From a virus, in the IMG/VR virus record IMGVR_UViG_3300037408_000506: 64,000 nucleotides of DNA, one strand, 5' to 3'. The notes below the pieces were generated by a model, which saw only the letters and a program-made list of their open reading frames with translations, was not told where the DNA came from and searched no databases. Position numbers and translations under genes: made by a program. Shown here piece after piece: positions 26,812 to 36,032 of the stretch (within the stretch, counting starts at the first letter, position 1; each line of letters starts with the position of its first letter).

Positions 26812-29087
26812 CGACAGCGTTGCATCGAGATCTGGACGTGGGGGAGATCCACCGTCCGTACCAGTGGCAGTATGACAATTCGACTCTGCGTGAGGCCGCG
26901 ACGGGATTCCTCGTGACCGATGTGGGCAAGTTGGCCTTGCAGGTGGACGACAAGAGCCTGTGGCTGTTGTCGGTTCACAGCCCGGCGGCATGGATCAATG
27001 TGCAGGGGCCAGGCGTCCCGTTTGCGGATGATCCGCCGCTCAACGTGCGCCGGGGTAGCGCGCAGGCGGGCACGGATGATGAGTGCGCCCGGCGGGACCA
27101 TGAGCACGATGTCGACGTGGGCATCCCCGTGGACATCGGCACGGCGAACGATGCGGGATCGGGCGAGGCGCTGGTGCTCTACAGTCACGTTCACAATCTA
27201 CCGTTTGCGACCGTGCAGACCGTACTGAACGGCGCGACGGGGACGGTGGGGGTGAACAACCAGCGGGTGGCGTTGGTGGGTACGCCGACGATAGCGACGG
27301 ATGCCGCGACGAAGGGCTATGTGGATGGGGTGGCCTCGGGGCTCCAGCTCAAGGGCGCAGTGAAGGCGGTGGCGACCAGTGCGGTGGCCAGCCTGAGCGG
27401 GTTGGCGACGACGGTGGACGGCGTGTTGCTCGATACCGATGGCATGCGCGTGCTGTTGACCGCGCAGGGCACGGGTGCCCAAAATGGGATCTGGGCGGTG
27501 CATAGTGGGGCGTGGACGCGACCGTCGGACTTCGCGGCTGGGAGCCATGCGGCGTCGGCGTTTGCCTTCAGCGAGCGCGGGACGGCCTACGCGGACATGG
27601 GCTGGGTGTGTACGACGAACGGTCCCAGCGACGTGGTCGACACGGATGCCTTGATCTGGACGCAGTTCTCGGGGGCCGGTCAGATCAATGCTGGCGCTGG
27701 CCTGACGAAAAGCGGAAACACGCTGAACGTCGTCGCCAATGCGGACGGGTCCGTCACGGTCAATGCGGATGACATCCAGGTCGGAATCTTAGCCAGCGAT
27801 GCGCAGCACGGTAGTCGCGGGGGTGGCAGTCAGCACGCGGTGGCGACGACGAGCGTCAACGGGTTCCTCGCGTCCGGGGACAAGACGAAGTTGGACGGGT
27901 TGCCGAGCAGCGTGCCGCCGACGACGCGGACGATCACGGCGGGGGCCGGGCTCGTTGGCGGCGGTGATCTGAGCGCAGACCGGACGATCAATGTGGGCGC
28001 GCATGTGGACGGGTCCATCACGGTTGGTGCCGATGCGATCCAGGTGGGGGTGCTCGCCAGTGATACGCAGCACGGATCGCGGGGTGGGGGCACGCAGCAC
28101 GCGGTCGTTACGACGAGCACGGCGGGGTTTTCAAGCGCCGCTGACAAGACGAAATTGGACGGGTTGCCTACGAGCGCGCCGCCCACCACGCGGACGGTGA
28201 CGGCGGGCGCGGGTTTGACCGGGGGTGGCGACCTCAGCGCGGACCGGACGATCAATGTGGTGGCCAACGCCGATGGGTCGATCACGGTGAACGCGGACGA
28301 CATCCAGGTGGGGACGTTGGCTTCGGATGCCCAGCATGGGTCGCGAGGGGGCGGGTCACAGCACGCGGTGGCCACGACGAGTACGGCGGGCTTCGAGAGC
28401 GCAGCGGATAAGACGAAGTTGGACGGCCTGCCGACGAATGCCCCGCCGACGACACGGACCATCACAGCCGGATTGGGTCTGACTGGAGGGGGCGACTTGA
28501 GTGCCGACCGCACGATCAACGTGGGGGCACATGCGGATGGATCTATCGTCGTCGCGGCGGACACCGTGCAGGTGGGGACGTTGGCCAGCGACGCCCAGCA
28601 TGGCAGTCGTGGGGGTGGCAGTCAGCATGCGGTGGCCACGACCAGTACCCATGGGTTCATGTCCTCGACGGACAAGACCAAGCTGGATGGGATCTCCGGG
28701 GGCGCGGTGTTTGGCTCGGAGGCCCAGAACGCGGCCTCTGAGGGGGAGTCCACGACGACGCAGACTACCTACCAGGAGAAGCTCAAGCTGACCACGTCTA
28801 GCTTGAGTGGGGGCGTCTACCGGGTGGGGTGGCACAACGAGATGCGGTGTAGTTCTGTAGCCAACGATGCTCTGTATCGCATCCAGGTGGACGATACGAC
28901 CACGTTGGCGGAGGTGAATAACGAGATCGGGGACAACGCGAACTACCTGCCAGGCGCGGGGTTTGGCTACGTGACGTTGACGAGTGGTGTCCACACCATT
29001 GACATGGACTACCGCGTCGAGGGTGGGCCGGGCACGACGGCGTACATCAGGCGGGCACGGATCGAGCTGTGGAAGGTGAGTCTCTGA
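26808..29087 (+). CDS. Tail fibre-like protein with four 88-aa tandem repeats
   Basis: ATKGYVDGVASGL and WTQFSGAGQINAGAGLTKSGNTL blocks; DKTKLDG fibre repeats. Confidence 0.75.
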   Translation: MTTALHRDLDVGEIHRPYQWQYDNSTLREAATGFLVTDVGKLALQVDDKSLWLLSVHSPAAWINVQGPGVPFADDPPLNVRRGSAQAGTDDECARRDHEHDVDVGIPVDIGTANDAGSGEALVLYSHVHNLPFATVQTVLNGATGTVGVNNQRVALVGTPTIATDAATKGYVDGVASGLQLKGAVKAVATSAVASLSGLATTVDGVLLDTDGMRVLLTAQGTGAQNGIWAVHSGAWTRPSDFAAGSHAASAFAFSERGTAYADMGWVCTTNGPSDVVDTDALIWTQFSGAGQINAGAGLTKSGNTLNVVANADGSVTVNADDIQVGILASDAQHGSRGGGSQHAVATTSVNGFLASGDKTKLDGLPSSVPPTTRTITAGAGLVGGGDLSADRTINVGAHVDGSITVGADAIQVGVLASDTQHGSRGGGTQHAVVTTSTAGFSSAADKTKLDGLPTSAPPTTRTVTAGAGLTGGGDLSADRTINVVANADGSITVNADDIQVGTLASDAQHGSRGGGSQHAVATTSTAGFESAADKTKLDGLPTNAPPTTRTITAGLGLTGGGDLSADRTINVGAHADGSIVVAADTVQVGTLASDAQHGSRGGGSQHAVATTSTHGFMSSTDKTKLDGISGGAVFGSEAQNAASEGESTTTQTTYQEKLKLTTSSLSGGVYRVGWHNEMRCSSVANDALYRIQVDDTTTLAEVNNEIGDNANYLPGAGFGYVTLTSGVHTIDMDYRVEGGPGTTAYIRRARIELWKVSL
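27690..28700 (+). repeat. Four intragenic tandem repeats, 264 bp (88 aa) period
   Basis: SD(A/T)QHGSRGGG(S/T)QHAV begins at 27795, 28059, 28323 and 28587. Confidence 0.9.
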
Positions 29088-29680
29088 TGGAGTATGGCTA
29101 CAGCGTTCTAGCGCGGTATGATGTGGGGGCGCTGGACGCGGCGATCCGAGGGGACGCGACCTTCGCGGCGCTGGGATTCCAGGGCGTGTCCGTGGATGCC
29201 GACGCCGAGGATCTGCATGGGCGGTTGCGGGTTGTCTTTGCGGAGTCATTACCCGAGGCGGCAGAGGGGATCTTGCGTGGCCTGGTGGTGCGCTTTGGGT
29301 CGTCGGCGGCCATCTATCAGCAGCGGTGCGTCGTCTGTGATCGGGAGTTTACGCGGGCGTCCATTGGGCGGCCGATCTATTGTCCGCAGTGCCAGACGCC
29401 GTTCTCGTGCGATTGCCCCCATGGGCAGTACGTGTGGAGCGATCCGGGGAAGCAGTTGCGGCGCTGGGCCGAGGTTGCGGTGTTCGTTCCATTCGATGTG
29501 GTGCTGGCGGAGGTGCCGCATGGAGGGGTCGTGTTGAGTGGCATCGAGATGGAGAATGTGTCGCCACCTGTGCTGTTGGAAGTTTTAGCGGGGGGGTTCT
29601 GGGCGGCGTTTCAGGTGGGGATCGTGAATGCGCTCTGGGAAAATACGAGCCTGCGGTTTGATTGGAGGGTGCAGCCATGA
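29087..29680 (+). CDS. Hypothetical protein with zinc-ribbon
   Basis: CVVC...CPQC; coupled start. Confidence 0.5.
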   Translation: MEYGYSVLARYDVGALDAAIRGDATFAALGFQGVSVDADAEDLHGRLRVVFAESLPEAAEGILRGLVVRFGSSAAIYQQRCVVCDREFTRASIGRPIYCPQCQTPFSCDCPHGQYVWSDPGKQLRRWAEVAVFVPFDVVLAEVPHGGVVLSGIEMENVSPPVLLEVLAGGFWAAFQVGIVNALWENTSLRFDWRVQP

Positions 29681-30297
29681 GTCTGATCCTGGCGAGTCAG
29701 TTGGGCCTGGTGGACATGCTGCGCACGGATACGGTGTCGGCGCACCCCTGGAACCGCCCGGACGAGTGGCAGTTGAAGCCGAGCGGGGGGTGGGTGAATC
29801 CGCCCACGGACTACGACTCGACGTGGGAGCTGAAGCCAGTGGCGGGCGAGGTGTTCGTGGTCACGGCCTGCCAGATCCAGATGTCGGCGGATGTGATCCT
29901 GGTGGCATCGAACGCGATGCAGGTCCACGTCACCATTCAGACCCCGATCCCGCCGATCCAGGTGACGCAGTTCATCCACGCGGACGAGTTCCTGAACCGG
30001 GCGTCGGAGGTCAACTACTACCCGGTGAGCGGGGTCACGGCGGGGTCGGAGATTACGCGCCCGTTCTACCGCACGGTCATCCCGTTCGCGGCCAAGATCT
30101 TCCTGTGGAGCACGGCGGGGATCGATCCGGGCACCGGGCAGCCTCGGGTGGACCGGCTGGGGAACGTGAAGCTGCGCAGCATGACGGCCAAGATCGCCAA
30201 CCACCGGCCCTACGCGGACCCGAACGCGGCGGCCTTGCAGACGGCGTGGAGTCGATACTTTGTGGACGTATATCGCGACCCAGACTACGCAGTCTGA
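29677..30297 (+). CDS. Hypothetical (probably structural) beta-rich protein
   Basis: GGAGGG SD; ATGA overlap. Confidence 0.5.
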   Translation: MSLILASQLGLVDMLRTDTVSAHPWNRPDEWQLKPSGGWVNPPTDYDSTWELKPVAGEVFVVTACQIQMSADVILVASNAMQVHVTIQTPIPPIQVTQFIHADEFLNRASEVNYYPVSGVTAGSEITRPFYRTVIPFAAKIFLWSTAGIDPGTGQPRVDRLGNVKLRSMTAKIANHRPYADPNAAALQTAWSRYFVDVYRDPDYAV

Positions 30298-30310
30298 GGT
30301 GGAGGCGGGC

Positions 30311-30859
30311 ATGGAGCAGCGGTGGCCCGATGTGCGGGTGGTGTTCGTGCGGACGACGGGCGCGCTCGCCGCGATCACGCGGTGGGTCACGCGGAGCCCG
30401 GTGAACCACATGTACATCGACATCCCGGTCTGGGGGCGGCGCATGGTGTGCGAGGCCACGACGGACGGCGGGGTGCGGCTGGTGCCGAGCAAGCAGGCGG
30501 GGACCACGGTCGTGATGGCGTACCGCTGCCACTTCGACACCGCGCCGGGGCTGTACGCCATTGGCGCCCTGCTGGGGCGGCCTTACGACTACTGGGGCGG
30601 GGTGCTGATCGCGGGGACGCGGCTGGCGTGGCGCTGGTTCCGGCTGAAGGCGCGGCGCCTCTCGTGGAGCACGCGGGCGATCAAGTGCTCGGAGCTGGCG
30701 GTGCTGTTCTTCCGGGCGTGCCAGGTCAAGGCGAGCGATCTGCACCCGGAGACGGTGGCCCCGTCGGACGTGCTGGCGTGGTGCAATGTGCGTCCGGGGT
30801 GGTTTGAATTGATTGAGGGGTCGGCCCATAACCTGGCAGAATGGGAGGGACGATCATGA
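30311..30859 (+). CDS. Permuted papain-like (NlpC/P60, YaeF/YiiX-type) amidase
   Basis: His before Cys: VNHMYI...VCEAT..G...GRPYDYWG...IKCSELA; GGAGG SD before ATG 30311. Confidence 0.75.
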   Translation: MEQRWPDVRVVFVRTTGALAAITRWVTRSPVNHMYIDIPVWGRRMVCEATTDGGVRLVPSKQAGTTVVMAYRCHFDTAPGLYAIGALLGRPYDYWGGVLIAGTRLAWRWFRLKARRLSWSTRAIKCSELAVLFFRACQVKASDLHPETVAPSDVLAWCNVRPGWFELIEGSAHNLAEWEGRS

Positions 30860-31275
30860 CGTGGTGGGATAAAGTGAGGGCGTGGATGCGGGCATACTGG
30901 CAGTGGATCGTGGCGGGCTTGGGGGCGGCGGCGGCCTTCCTGGGGGCGCTGGTGGCGATCCGGCAGAAGCGGCAAGCCCCACCCCAGGTGGCGGCGCCAC
31001 TGGCGGTGGATCCGGCTCCGGCGCTGGCCCCCCTTGCGGACATCGGCCCGCAGGTGGATAAGATCGAGGCGGTGGTGCGCGACGATGCCGCGCGGGACGC
31101 GGAGGACGCGAAGGAGGCCCACGATGCGATTGACGCTGCTGACAGTATCGCTGCTGTCAATGCTGTGCTGTACGGCGTGCCCAAGCCCGACGAGGGCGGC
31201 GGACGACCTGCCCGCGCGCCCGATGATGGAGCGGCCCCAGCCCAGCGGGTTTCAGATACCGTTCGGCGACGGTGA
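30856..31275 (+). CDS. Putative i-spanin (Rz-like)
   Basis: N-terminal TM (WIVAGLGAAAAFLGALVAI) followed by a helical A/D/E-rich domain; overlapped by the next gene. Confidence 0.5.
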   Translation: MTWWDKVRAWMRAYWQWIVAGLGAAAAFLGALVAIRQKRQAPPQVAAPLAVDPAPALAPLADIGPQVDKIEAVVRDDAARDAEDAKEAHDAIDAADSIAAVNAVLYGVPKPDEGGGRPARAPDDGAAPAQRVSDTVRRR

Positions 31276-31588
31276 GGCGCAGTGCTTCCTGCTGAACGAC
31301 TGGAAGCTGATGGCGCACATCGTCGTGGACTATCGGCTGCTGCTGGCGTGGGCGAGCCAGGCGGAGGTGCTGTACGCCACGGCGAGCATTAGCACGTCGA
31401 CGGCGGAGGCCACGGCGGCGGTTGCGGTGGCCGCGCAGCAGGCGGCCCTAGCGCGGGAGCAGGCGGCCGTCCTGCGGGCGGAGGACGAGCGACACAGGGC
31501 CAAGCGATTAGCGTGGCTGGCGGGCAGCCTGGGGGTCGTGGCGGTCATCCTGGGCGGCGTCGTGGTCGGCGTCGTGGTGACGCGCTGA
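31124..31588 (+). CDS. Exported membrane protein overlapping the Rz-like gene (spanin partner candidate)
   Basis: AAGGAGG SD inside the upstream gene; signal peptide MRLTLLTVSLLSMLCCTAC; coiled coil; C-terminal TM. Confidence 0.5.
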   Translation: MRLTLLTVSLLSMLCCTACPSPTRAADDLPARPMMERPQPSGFQIPFGDGEAQCFLLNDWKLMAHIVVDYRLLLAWASQAEVLYATASISTSTAEATAAVAVAAQQAALAREQAAVLRAEDERHRAKRLAWLAGSLGVVAVILGGVVVGVVVTR

Positions 31589-32064
31589 TGATCCTCCTGC
31601 GACCCGATCCGGCGGCGGTGACGCTCCAGGTCTTGGCGACGGGCCTGGACGGGGCGCCCAAGTTGGACGTGGTGAGCGGGACGGTGCGCGTCTACCAGGT
31701 CACGGGGGCGGGCGAGGTGGAGGCGCTGCCGGTCACGGCGCTGGCGCATGTGGCGGGGACGGGCACCTGGCGCTTGCAGTGGGCGCCCGTGGCGCTGGCG
31801 GTGGGGCAGTATGTGGCGGAGTACCGGCTGGTGGACGTCTACGGCCAGGAGTGCGTGGTGCCGGAGGACGTCACGGTGCATGACCTGGCGGTGCAGGCGG
31901 ACCTGGCCTTGGTGCGGCAGGTGGAGACCGGCCGCTGGCGCATCGTGGCCAACCAGATGATCTTCTATGGGGATGATAATTTGACGCCGATCCTGACGTT
32001 CAACCTGAAGAACGAGGCGGGGATACCGGCGATGGACGAGGTCTTCGAGCGGGTGCCCGCATGA
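31588..32064 (+). CDS. Hypothetical virion protein (Ig-like beta sandwich candidate)
   Basis: Coupled start; beta-rich; GQYVAEY and ETGRWRI motifs. Confidence 0.5.
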   Translation: MILLRPDPAAVTLQVLATGLDGAPKLDVVSGTVRVYQVTGAGEVEALPVTALAHVAGTGTWRLQWAPVALAVGQYVAEYRLVDVYGQECVVPEDVTVHDLAVQADLALVRQVETGRWRIVANQMIFYGDDNLTPILTFNLKNEAGIPAMDEVFERVPA

Positions 32065-32225
32065 TCGGCCAGCGGATCATCACGCGCGGCATGGGGCGGG
32101 AGCAGCAGCTTGTCTGTACGCGGGGGTACGGGCGCCTGCGAGCGCGCCTGCGCGAGGTGATCCGCCTCTGTGGCTGTTTAGCGCAACGAATCTGGATCAA
32201 ATCCCCATGGAAACAGATAGAATAG
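32061..32225 (+). CDS. Small hypothetical protein (below ORF-track cutoff)
   Basis: 54 aa MIGQRIITRGMG...; ATGA overlap with the upstream stop. Confidence 0.4.
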   Translation: MIGQRIITRGMGREQQLVCTRGYGRLRARLREVIRLCGCLAQRIWIKSPWKQIE

Positions 32226-32386
32226 TGGTGGCATCGCCGTTGTCCGGGTTTAGAATCGAGGTCGTCTCGCGGTTTGGGCAGCGGATTGAAGCGGTGTCGC
32301 CCCCCGCGCGACAGGTGGACGTACAATCGCCCGTGGTCACGATGATCCGCGTGGCATCGGCCTTATCGGTGGAGGCGTTGCAATGA
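32225..32386 (+). CDS. Small hypothetical protein (below ORF-track cutoff)
   Basis: 53 aa, GTG start; fills the gap with overlaps at both ends. Confidence 0.3.
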   Translation: MVASPLSGFRIEVVSRFGQRIEAVSPPARQVDVQSPVVTMIRVASALSVEALQ

Positions 32387-32694
32387 GCGTGTGCCAGACG
32401 GGATGCGGGATCAGCAAGTACTATGTGGGGGACGTGGGCACCGAGCTGATCGTCGACGTGTGCGTGGACATCACGACGGCGGTGGCGTGCAAGCTGTTCG
32501 TCCTGAAGCCGGGGGCGACGACGGCGGTGGAGTGGGCGGCGGGCGTCTACCAGACGCAGTACCTGCGGTACGTGATCCAGGCCGGGGATCTGAGCGTGCC
32601 GGGCGAGTACAAGGTGCAGGCGTGGGTGCAGCTCCCGACCGGGTCGTGGCGCGGGGACGTGGGCACCTTCCGCGTGTACCCGCCCTTCGCCTGA
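32383..32694 (+). CDS. BppU N-terminal-like baseplate protein
   Basis: YVGDVGTEL...KPG...YVIQAGDLSVPGEYKVQAWV pattern. Confidence 0.65.
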   Translation: MSVCQTGCGISKYYVGDVGTELIVDVCVDITTAVACKLFVLKPGATTAVEWAAGVYQTQYLRYVIQAGDLSVPGEYKVQAWVQLPTGSWRGDVGTFRVYPPFA

Positions 32695-32769
32695 TTTGTA
32701 GCCGGACCGGCGCGGCGATGCTACGCTGACGGCGGAGGACGAGAGAACCACACCAACCAGGAGGATGCC

Positions 32770-33354
32770 ATGGGTTACGAGAAGCTGAGCCAGTCGGTGA
32801 TCACGGATCAGGAAGCGCAGTTTGCCGGGGACGTCGAGGCCACGTTCTTCGAGATGCCGTACCTGGCCGGGCTCCCGCCGGTCGCGCCGGACAAGAGCAC
32901 GAGCCGCCTGTTCACGGACGCGGCCGGGCACACCAAGGTGCGGAATGCAGCGGGGGCGGTGCTGGACCTGACGGTCGGCGCGCTGGCCGGGTCGGATGCG
33001 CGGTCGCTGTCCGAGGTCTCCTTGGCGGTGGCGGCCACGGTGAACAAGCGGGCCTTCCGGGCGCTGACCGACGGGGCGATCCGCGAGGTGGCCGCCGAGG
33101 TCGGGACCGTGGCGGCGGCGGGCGAGTCGCTCTCCATCGACATCCTCATCGACGGGGTGTCCGCCCTGACCGCCCCCATCGTCATCGACGACGCGGTGGC
33201 CATCAACACCCCGGTGGTGGGCGTGGTGGATCCGGCGGCCAACGAGTACGCGGCGGGCGAGGTGGTCGTGGTGGAGTTCACCTACACGGCGGGCGGGGGC
33301 CCGACCCCCATGGCGGACGCCATCGTCGGGCTCGGCGTGCAGAGCGGGTCGTAG
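32770..33354 (+). CDS. Hypothetical virion beta-sandwich protein
   Basis: CAGGAGG SD; A/V/G-rich. Confidence 0.55.
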   Translation: MGYEKLSQSVITDQEAQFAGDVEATFFEMPYLAGLPPVAPDKSTSRLFTDAAGHTKVRNAAGAVLDLTVGALAGSDARSLSEVSLAVAATVNKRAFRALTDGAIREVAAEVGTVAAAGESLSIDILIDGVSALTAPIVIDDAVAINTPVVGVVDPAANEYAAGEVVVVEFTYTAGGGPTPMADAIVGLGVQSGS

Positions 33355-33375
33355 TCACCATCCCGAGGAGGGCCC

Positions 33376-33723
33376 ATGTACGAGTACCAGGGGCGCGTCG
33401 TCAACGTCGTGGATGGGGACACCGTGGACCTGGAGCTGGACCTGGGCTTCGGGATCTGGCGGCGGGATCGGTTCCGGCTGCTGGGGATCAACGCCCCGGA
33501 GCGGCGCGGGGCGGACAAGCTGCGGGGGGCCCAGGCCACGGAGCGCCTGCGGGAACTGCTGGCGGCGGCGGCAGATGGCACCGTGCAGGTGCTGACCGTG
33601 CGGGACAAAAAAGAGAAGTACGGGCGCTACTTGGCGCGCATCATCGTCCAGGATGCCATTGGGGTCGTGCAGGACGTGGGGGCCACGCTCCTGGCCGAGG
33701 GACTGGTCGAACCGTATCGGTGA
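33376..33723 (+). CDS. Thermonuclease (SNase-like) family nuclease
   Basis: VVDGDTVD...RLLGINAPE...DKKEKYGRYLA motifs. Confidence 0.9.
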   Translation: MYEYQGRVVNVVDGDTVDLELDLGFGIWRRDRFRLLGINAPERRGADKLRGAQATERLRELLAAAADGTVQVLTVRDKKEKYGRYLARIIVQDAIGVVQDVGATLLAEGLVEPYR

Positions 33724-33778
33724 AATGCTAGATCCCGTCGTTGCTCCCATGCTACAACCTGGGGACCGGAGGTGCGGC

Positions 33779-34525
33779 ATGCCAGGACGCGACGTGAATC
33801 CTCGATTTATGCAGCGATGTGTGGCCGATGTGACGGCGACGGGCAAGGAACTGGGGGCGGCCTTCGCGATCTGTACGGCGCAATCCCAGAAGTCTGGCTA
33901 CACTAAAAAGGGCTCGTCCAAGATGACCGGCAAGGGTGCCGCGCGGGAGCGGGTCTTTAAGAACGCGGACGACATGCAGGCGAAGAGTGCCGATTACGAG
34001 CGTGCGGTGCAGGCCGGGCGCCAGCAGGAGGAGACCAGCATGCGGAGCATCATTCGACAACTCGAAGAAGGGTCCAAAGACCGCCCGCGCCATCGGGAGA
34101 TCTTGTCCGAGATCAAGGCGATGGAGTTGGAAGTGCAACGCATGGCGGAGCGCATCTCGGAGGACGGCGACGAGAAGCTGGCCGGGTATGCCATGGAGGC
34201 CGCCAGCATGCTGGGCAAGGCATGGGTGCGCATGGCCTTCTTCGTGAAGAGCGCCGCTGGAAAGACGATCCGATCCGAGGAGACGGATGCGGACGATGGC
34301 GTGCTGGATGAGCGATTCGGTCGTCGTCAATCCTACAGCCGAGATCCCTACCTTACGAAGGCGAAGGTCGCGGGGACCGACGCCAAGGGGCTGCCCTACA
34401 AGAAGGGCGACGAGGTCATGATCTACAAGGATGGGACCACGTATGCCGGGGCCAACAAGGACCAGGCGTGGCGGGAGTTCCAGGCGGCCAAGGATGATGA
34501 AGCCTTCATGAGTGGCGGGTACTGA
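33779..34525 (+). CDS. Tagged multi-module protein 1 (internal MRSIIRQLEE at 34040)
   Basis: GGAGG SD at ATG 33779; N-terminal AFAICTA module, tagged helical module, C-terminal RDPY...KKGD module. Confidence 0.7.
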   Translation: MPGRDVNPRFMQRCVADVTATGKELGAAFAICTAQSQKSGYTKKGSSKMTGKGAARERVFKNADDMQAKSADYERAVQAGRQQEETSMRSIIRQLEEGSKDRPRHREILSEIKAMELEVQRMAERISEDGDEKLAGYAMEAASMLGKAWVRMAFFVKSAAGKTIRSEETDADDGVLDERFGRRQSYSRDPYLTKAKVAGTDAKGLPYKKGDEVMIYKDGTTYAGANKDQAWREFQAAKDDEAFMSGGY

Positions 34526-34534
34526 CAGCCTGAC

Positions 34535-34550
34535 GCGAACCCAGGTTCGC
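34535..34550. promoter_or_regulatory. 16-bp palindrome copy 6
   Basis: GCGAACCCAGGTTCGC between stop 34525 and probable start 34569. Confidence 0.8.
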
Positions 34551-34568
34551 CTATTGACGAGGCACACG

Positions 34569-36023
34569 ATGGCAGAAAAATTGGACCATGGCGTTGTCAA
34601 CCTGCCGCTCGACAAGCGCGGGGGTGGGAGCCTGGACGCGCAGATCGACCGCTTCAAGGCGGGGCAGCAGCGGGATGCCAAGGCGCAGGCCAAGGACAAG
34701 CACGCGCGATCCGTGGAGGCCAAAGAGTTCGTGGACCACATGGACGACGCGCAGCTCCGGCGACTGGCGGAGAAGGCCGGGATGACGGTGGTGCAGGCGC
34801 GCAAGAAGCTGTTGAGCATGGCGCGTTTTGAACCGGACAAGGTGCTGCGGCTCAAGGCTGCACAACCAACGGAGGAGACGATGCGGAGCTTGATCCGGCG
34901 ATTGGAAGAGGGGGCTGTTTGGCAAAAAGACAGCGCAGGGAAATATGAACGACTGCCACCTGGAGAAGCGCGGGCTGATGATATTCGATCACGCCTACGT
35001 GTGATGAGTGACAAGGCGGCATCTCAGAAGGCACGCGACAATTTTGATCGGTTGATGCGTGGCATGGCAAAGAAGCCCGCCGCACGGAAACATGCTTTCA
35101 TAGACAATATCGAACGCGTTTTCGATAGCTTCCTTGGTGACAAGGGATTCAGAGCAGACAAGGACGCGGTTGCACGCTCCAAGGCTGCTGATAATGGGTC
35201 AGATGCTATGGTGGACATGAAGACGGGCGAGCACATGTCACAGAAGCAAATAGACCAGCGAGATGCGCGAGCTAAGCAGGCTGCCAAGGAGCGAGAGGCA
35301 GATGCGGAGAAACGACAGGAAACAGAACGGAAGAAAGAGTTGATGGCCGGTGGTGGTCACGTCGGCGGGAAGAAGATCTTCTCTGGCGAGAAGGCGTCAT
35401 TGGATAAGCTCAAGGCTGGTGGACCGGTGAGAAAGGGCGTGGACGCGGGTGGCGAGGGGACGATGCCAGGGCCAGAGGGCGAGGTGGAGGGCAAGTGGGT
35501 GACGGTGCGTGGAAAGCGAATGTTCTTTCCGAACGATCCCGGGGAGGGCGTGCCCGAGGGTCCGTGGGGTGGTGCGCCATGGCGTCCCGGCTGGGATGGC
35601 AAGGGCGGGGATTGGCGGAAGGGACGCGGTGTTCCTAAACAAAAGGGGCAGATGAGTCTCTTTGGCAAAAACGAGGACATGCAGTCGCTATTCCAACGCC
35701 TGGAAGAGGAAGCCGGTCGGTCCAAAGAGATCGCCGACGAGATCTTGCGGCAGTTGGGCGGGCGGCGCTTCCTGGTGATGACGGGCGCGAGGAACCTGCT
35801 GGCGTTCGACACGCTGGACGCGGAGCGGAAGTGGCCCGGCTTGCAGGTGCAATTTCCGCATGGGAACGCCAAGGTCATGCGGATCGCGTTGGCGCCGGAC
35901 GATACCTACGTGATCCAGTTCATGACGCGGGCGGGGCGGGTGACCAAGGAGATGGACGACATCTACTCGGAGGTGCTCCAGCGCGTGGTGTCGGACTACA
36001 CGGGCTTGGCCCTGAGCCTGTAA
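34569..36023 (+). CDS. Tagged multi-module protein 2 (tags at 34881 and 35679)
   Basis: Contains GKWVTVRGKRMFF (head-protein-type motif); last module IADEILRQLGGRRFLVMTGA...DTY...TGLALSL resembles a widespread small phage protein family. Confidence 0.7.
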   Translation: MAEKLDHGVVNLPLDKRGGGSLDAQIDRFKAGQQRDAKAQAKDKHARSVEAKEFVDHMDDAQLRRLAEKAGMTVVQARKKLLSMARFEPDKVLRLKAAQPTEETMRSLIRRLEEGAVWQKDSAGKYERLPPGEARADDIRSRLRVMSDKAASQKARDNFDRLMRGMAKKPAARKHAFIDNIERVFDSFLGDKGFRADKDAVARSKAADNGSDAMVDMKTGEHMSQKQIDQRDARAKQAAKEREADAEKRQETERKKELMAGGGHVGGKKIFSGEKASLDKLKAGGPVRKGVDAGGEGTMPGPEGEVEGKWVTVRGKRMFFPNDPGEGVPEGPWGGAPWRPGWDGKGGDWRKGRGVPKQKGQMSLFGKNEDMQSLFQRLEEEAGRSKEIADEILRQLGGRRFLVMTGARNLLAFDTLDAERKWPGLQVQFPHGNAKVMRIALAPDDTYVIQFMTRAGRVTKEMDDIYSEVLQRVVSDYTGLALSL

Positions 36024-36032
36024 GGAGATCCC

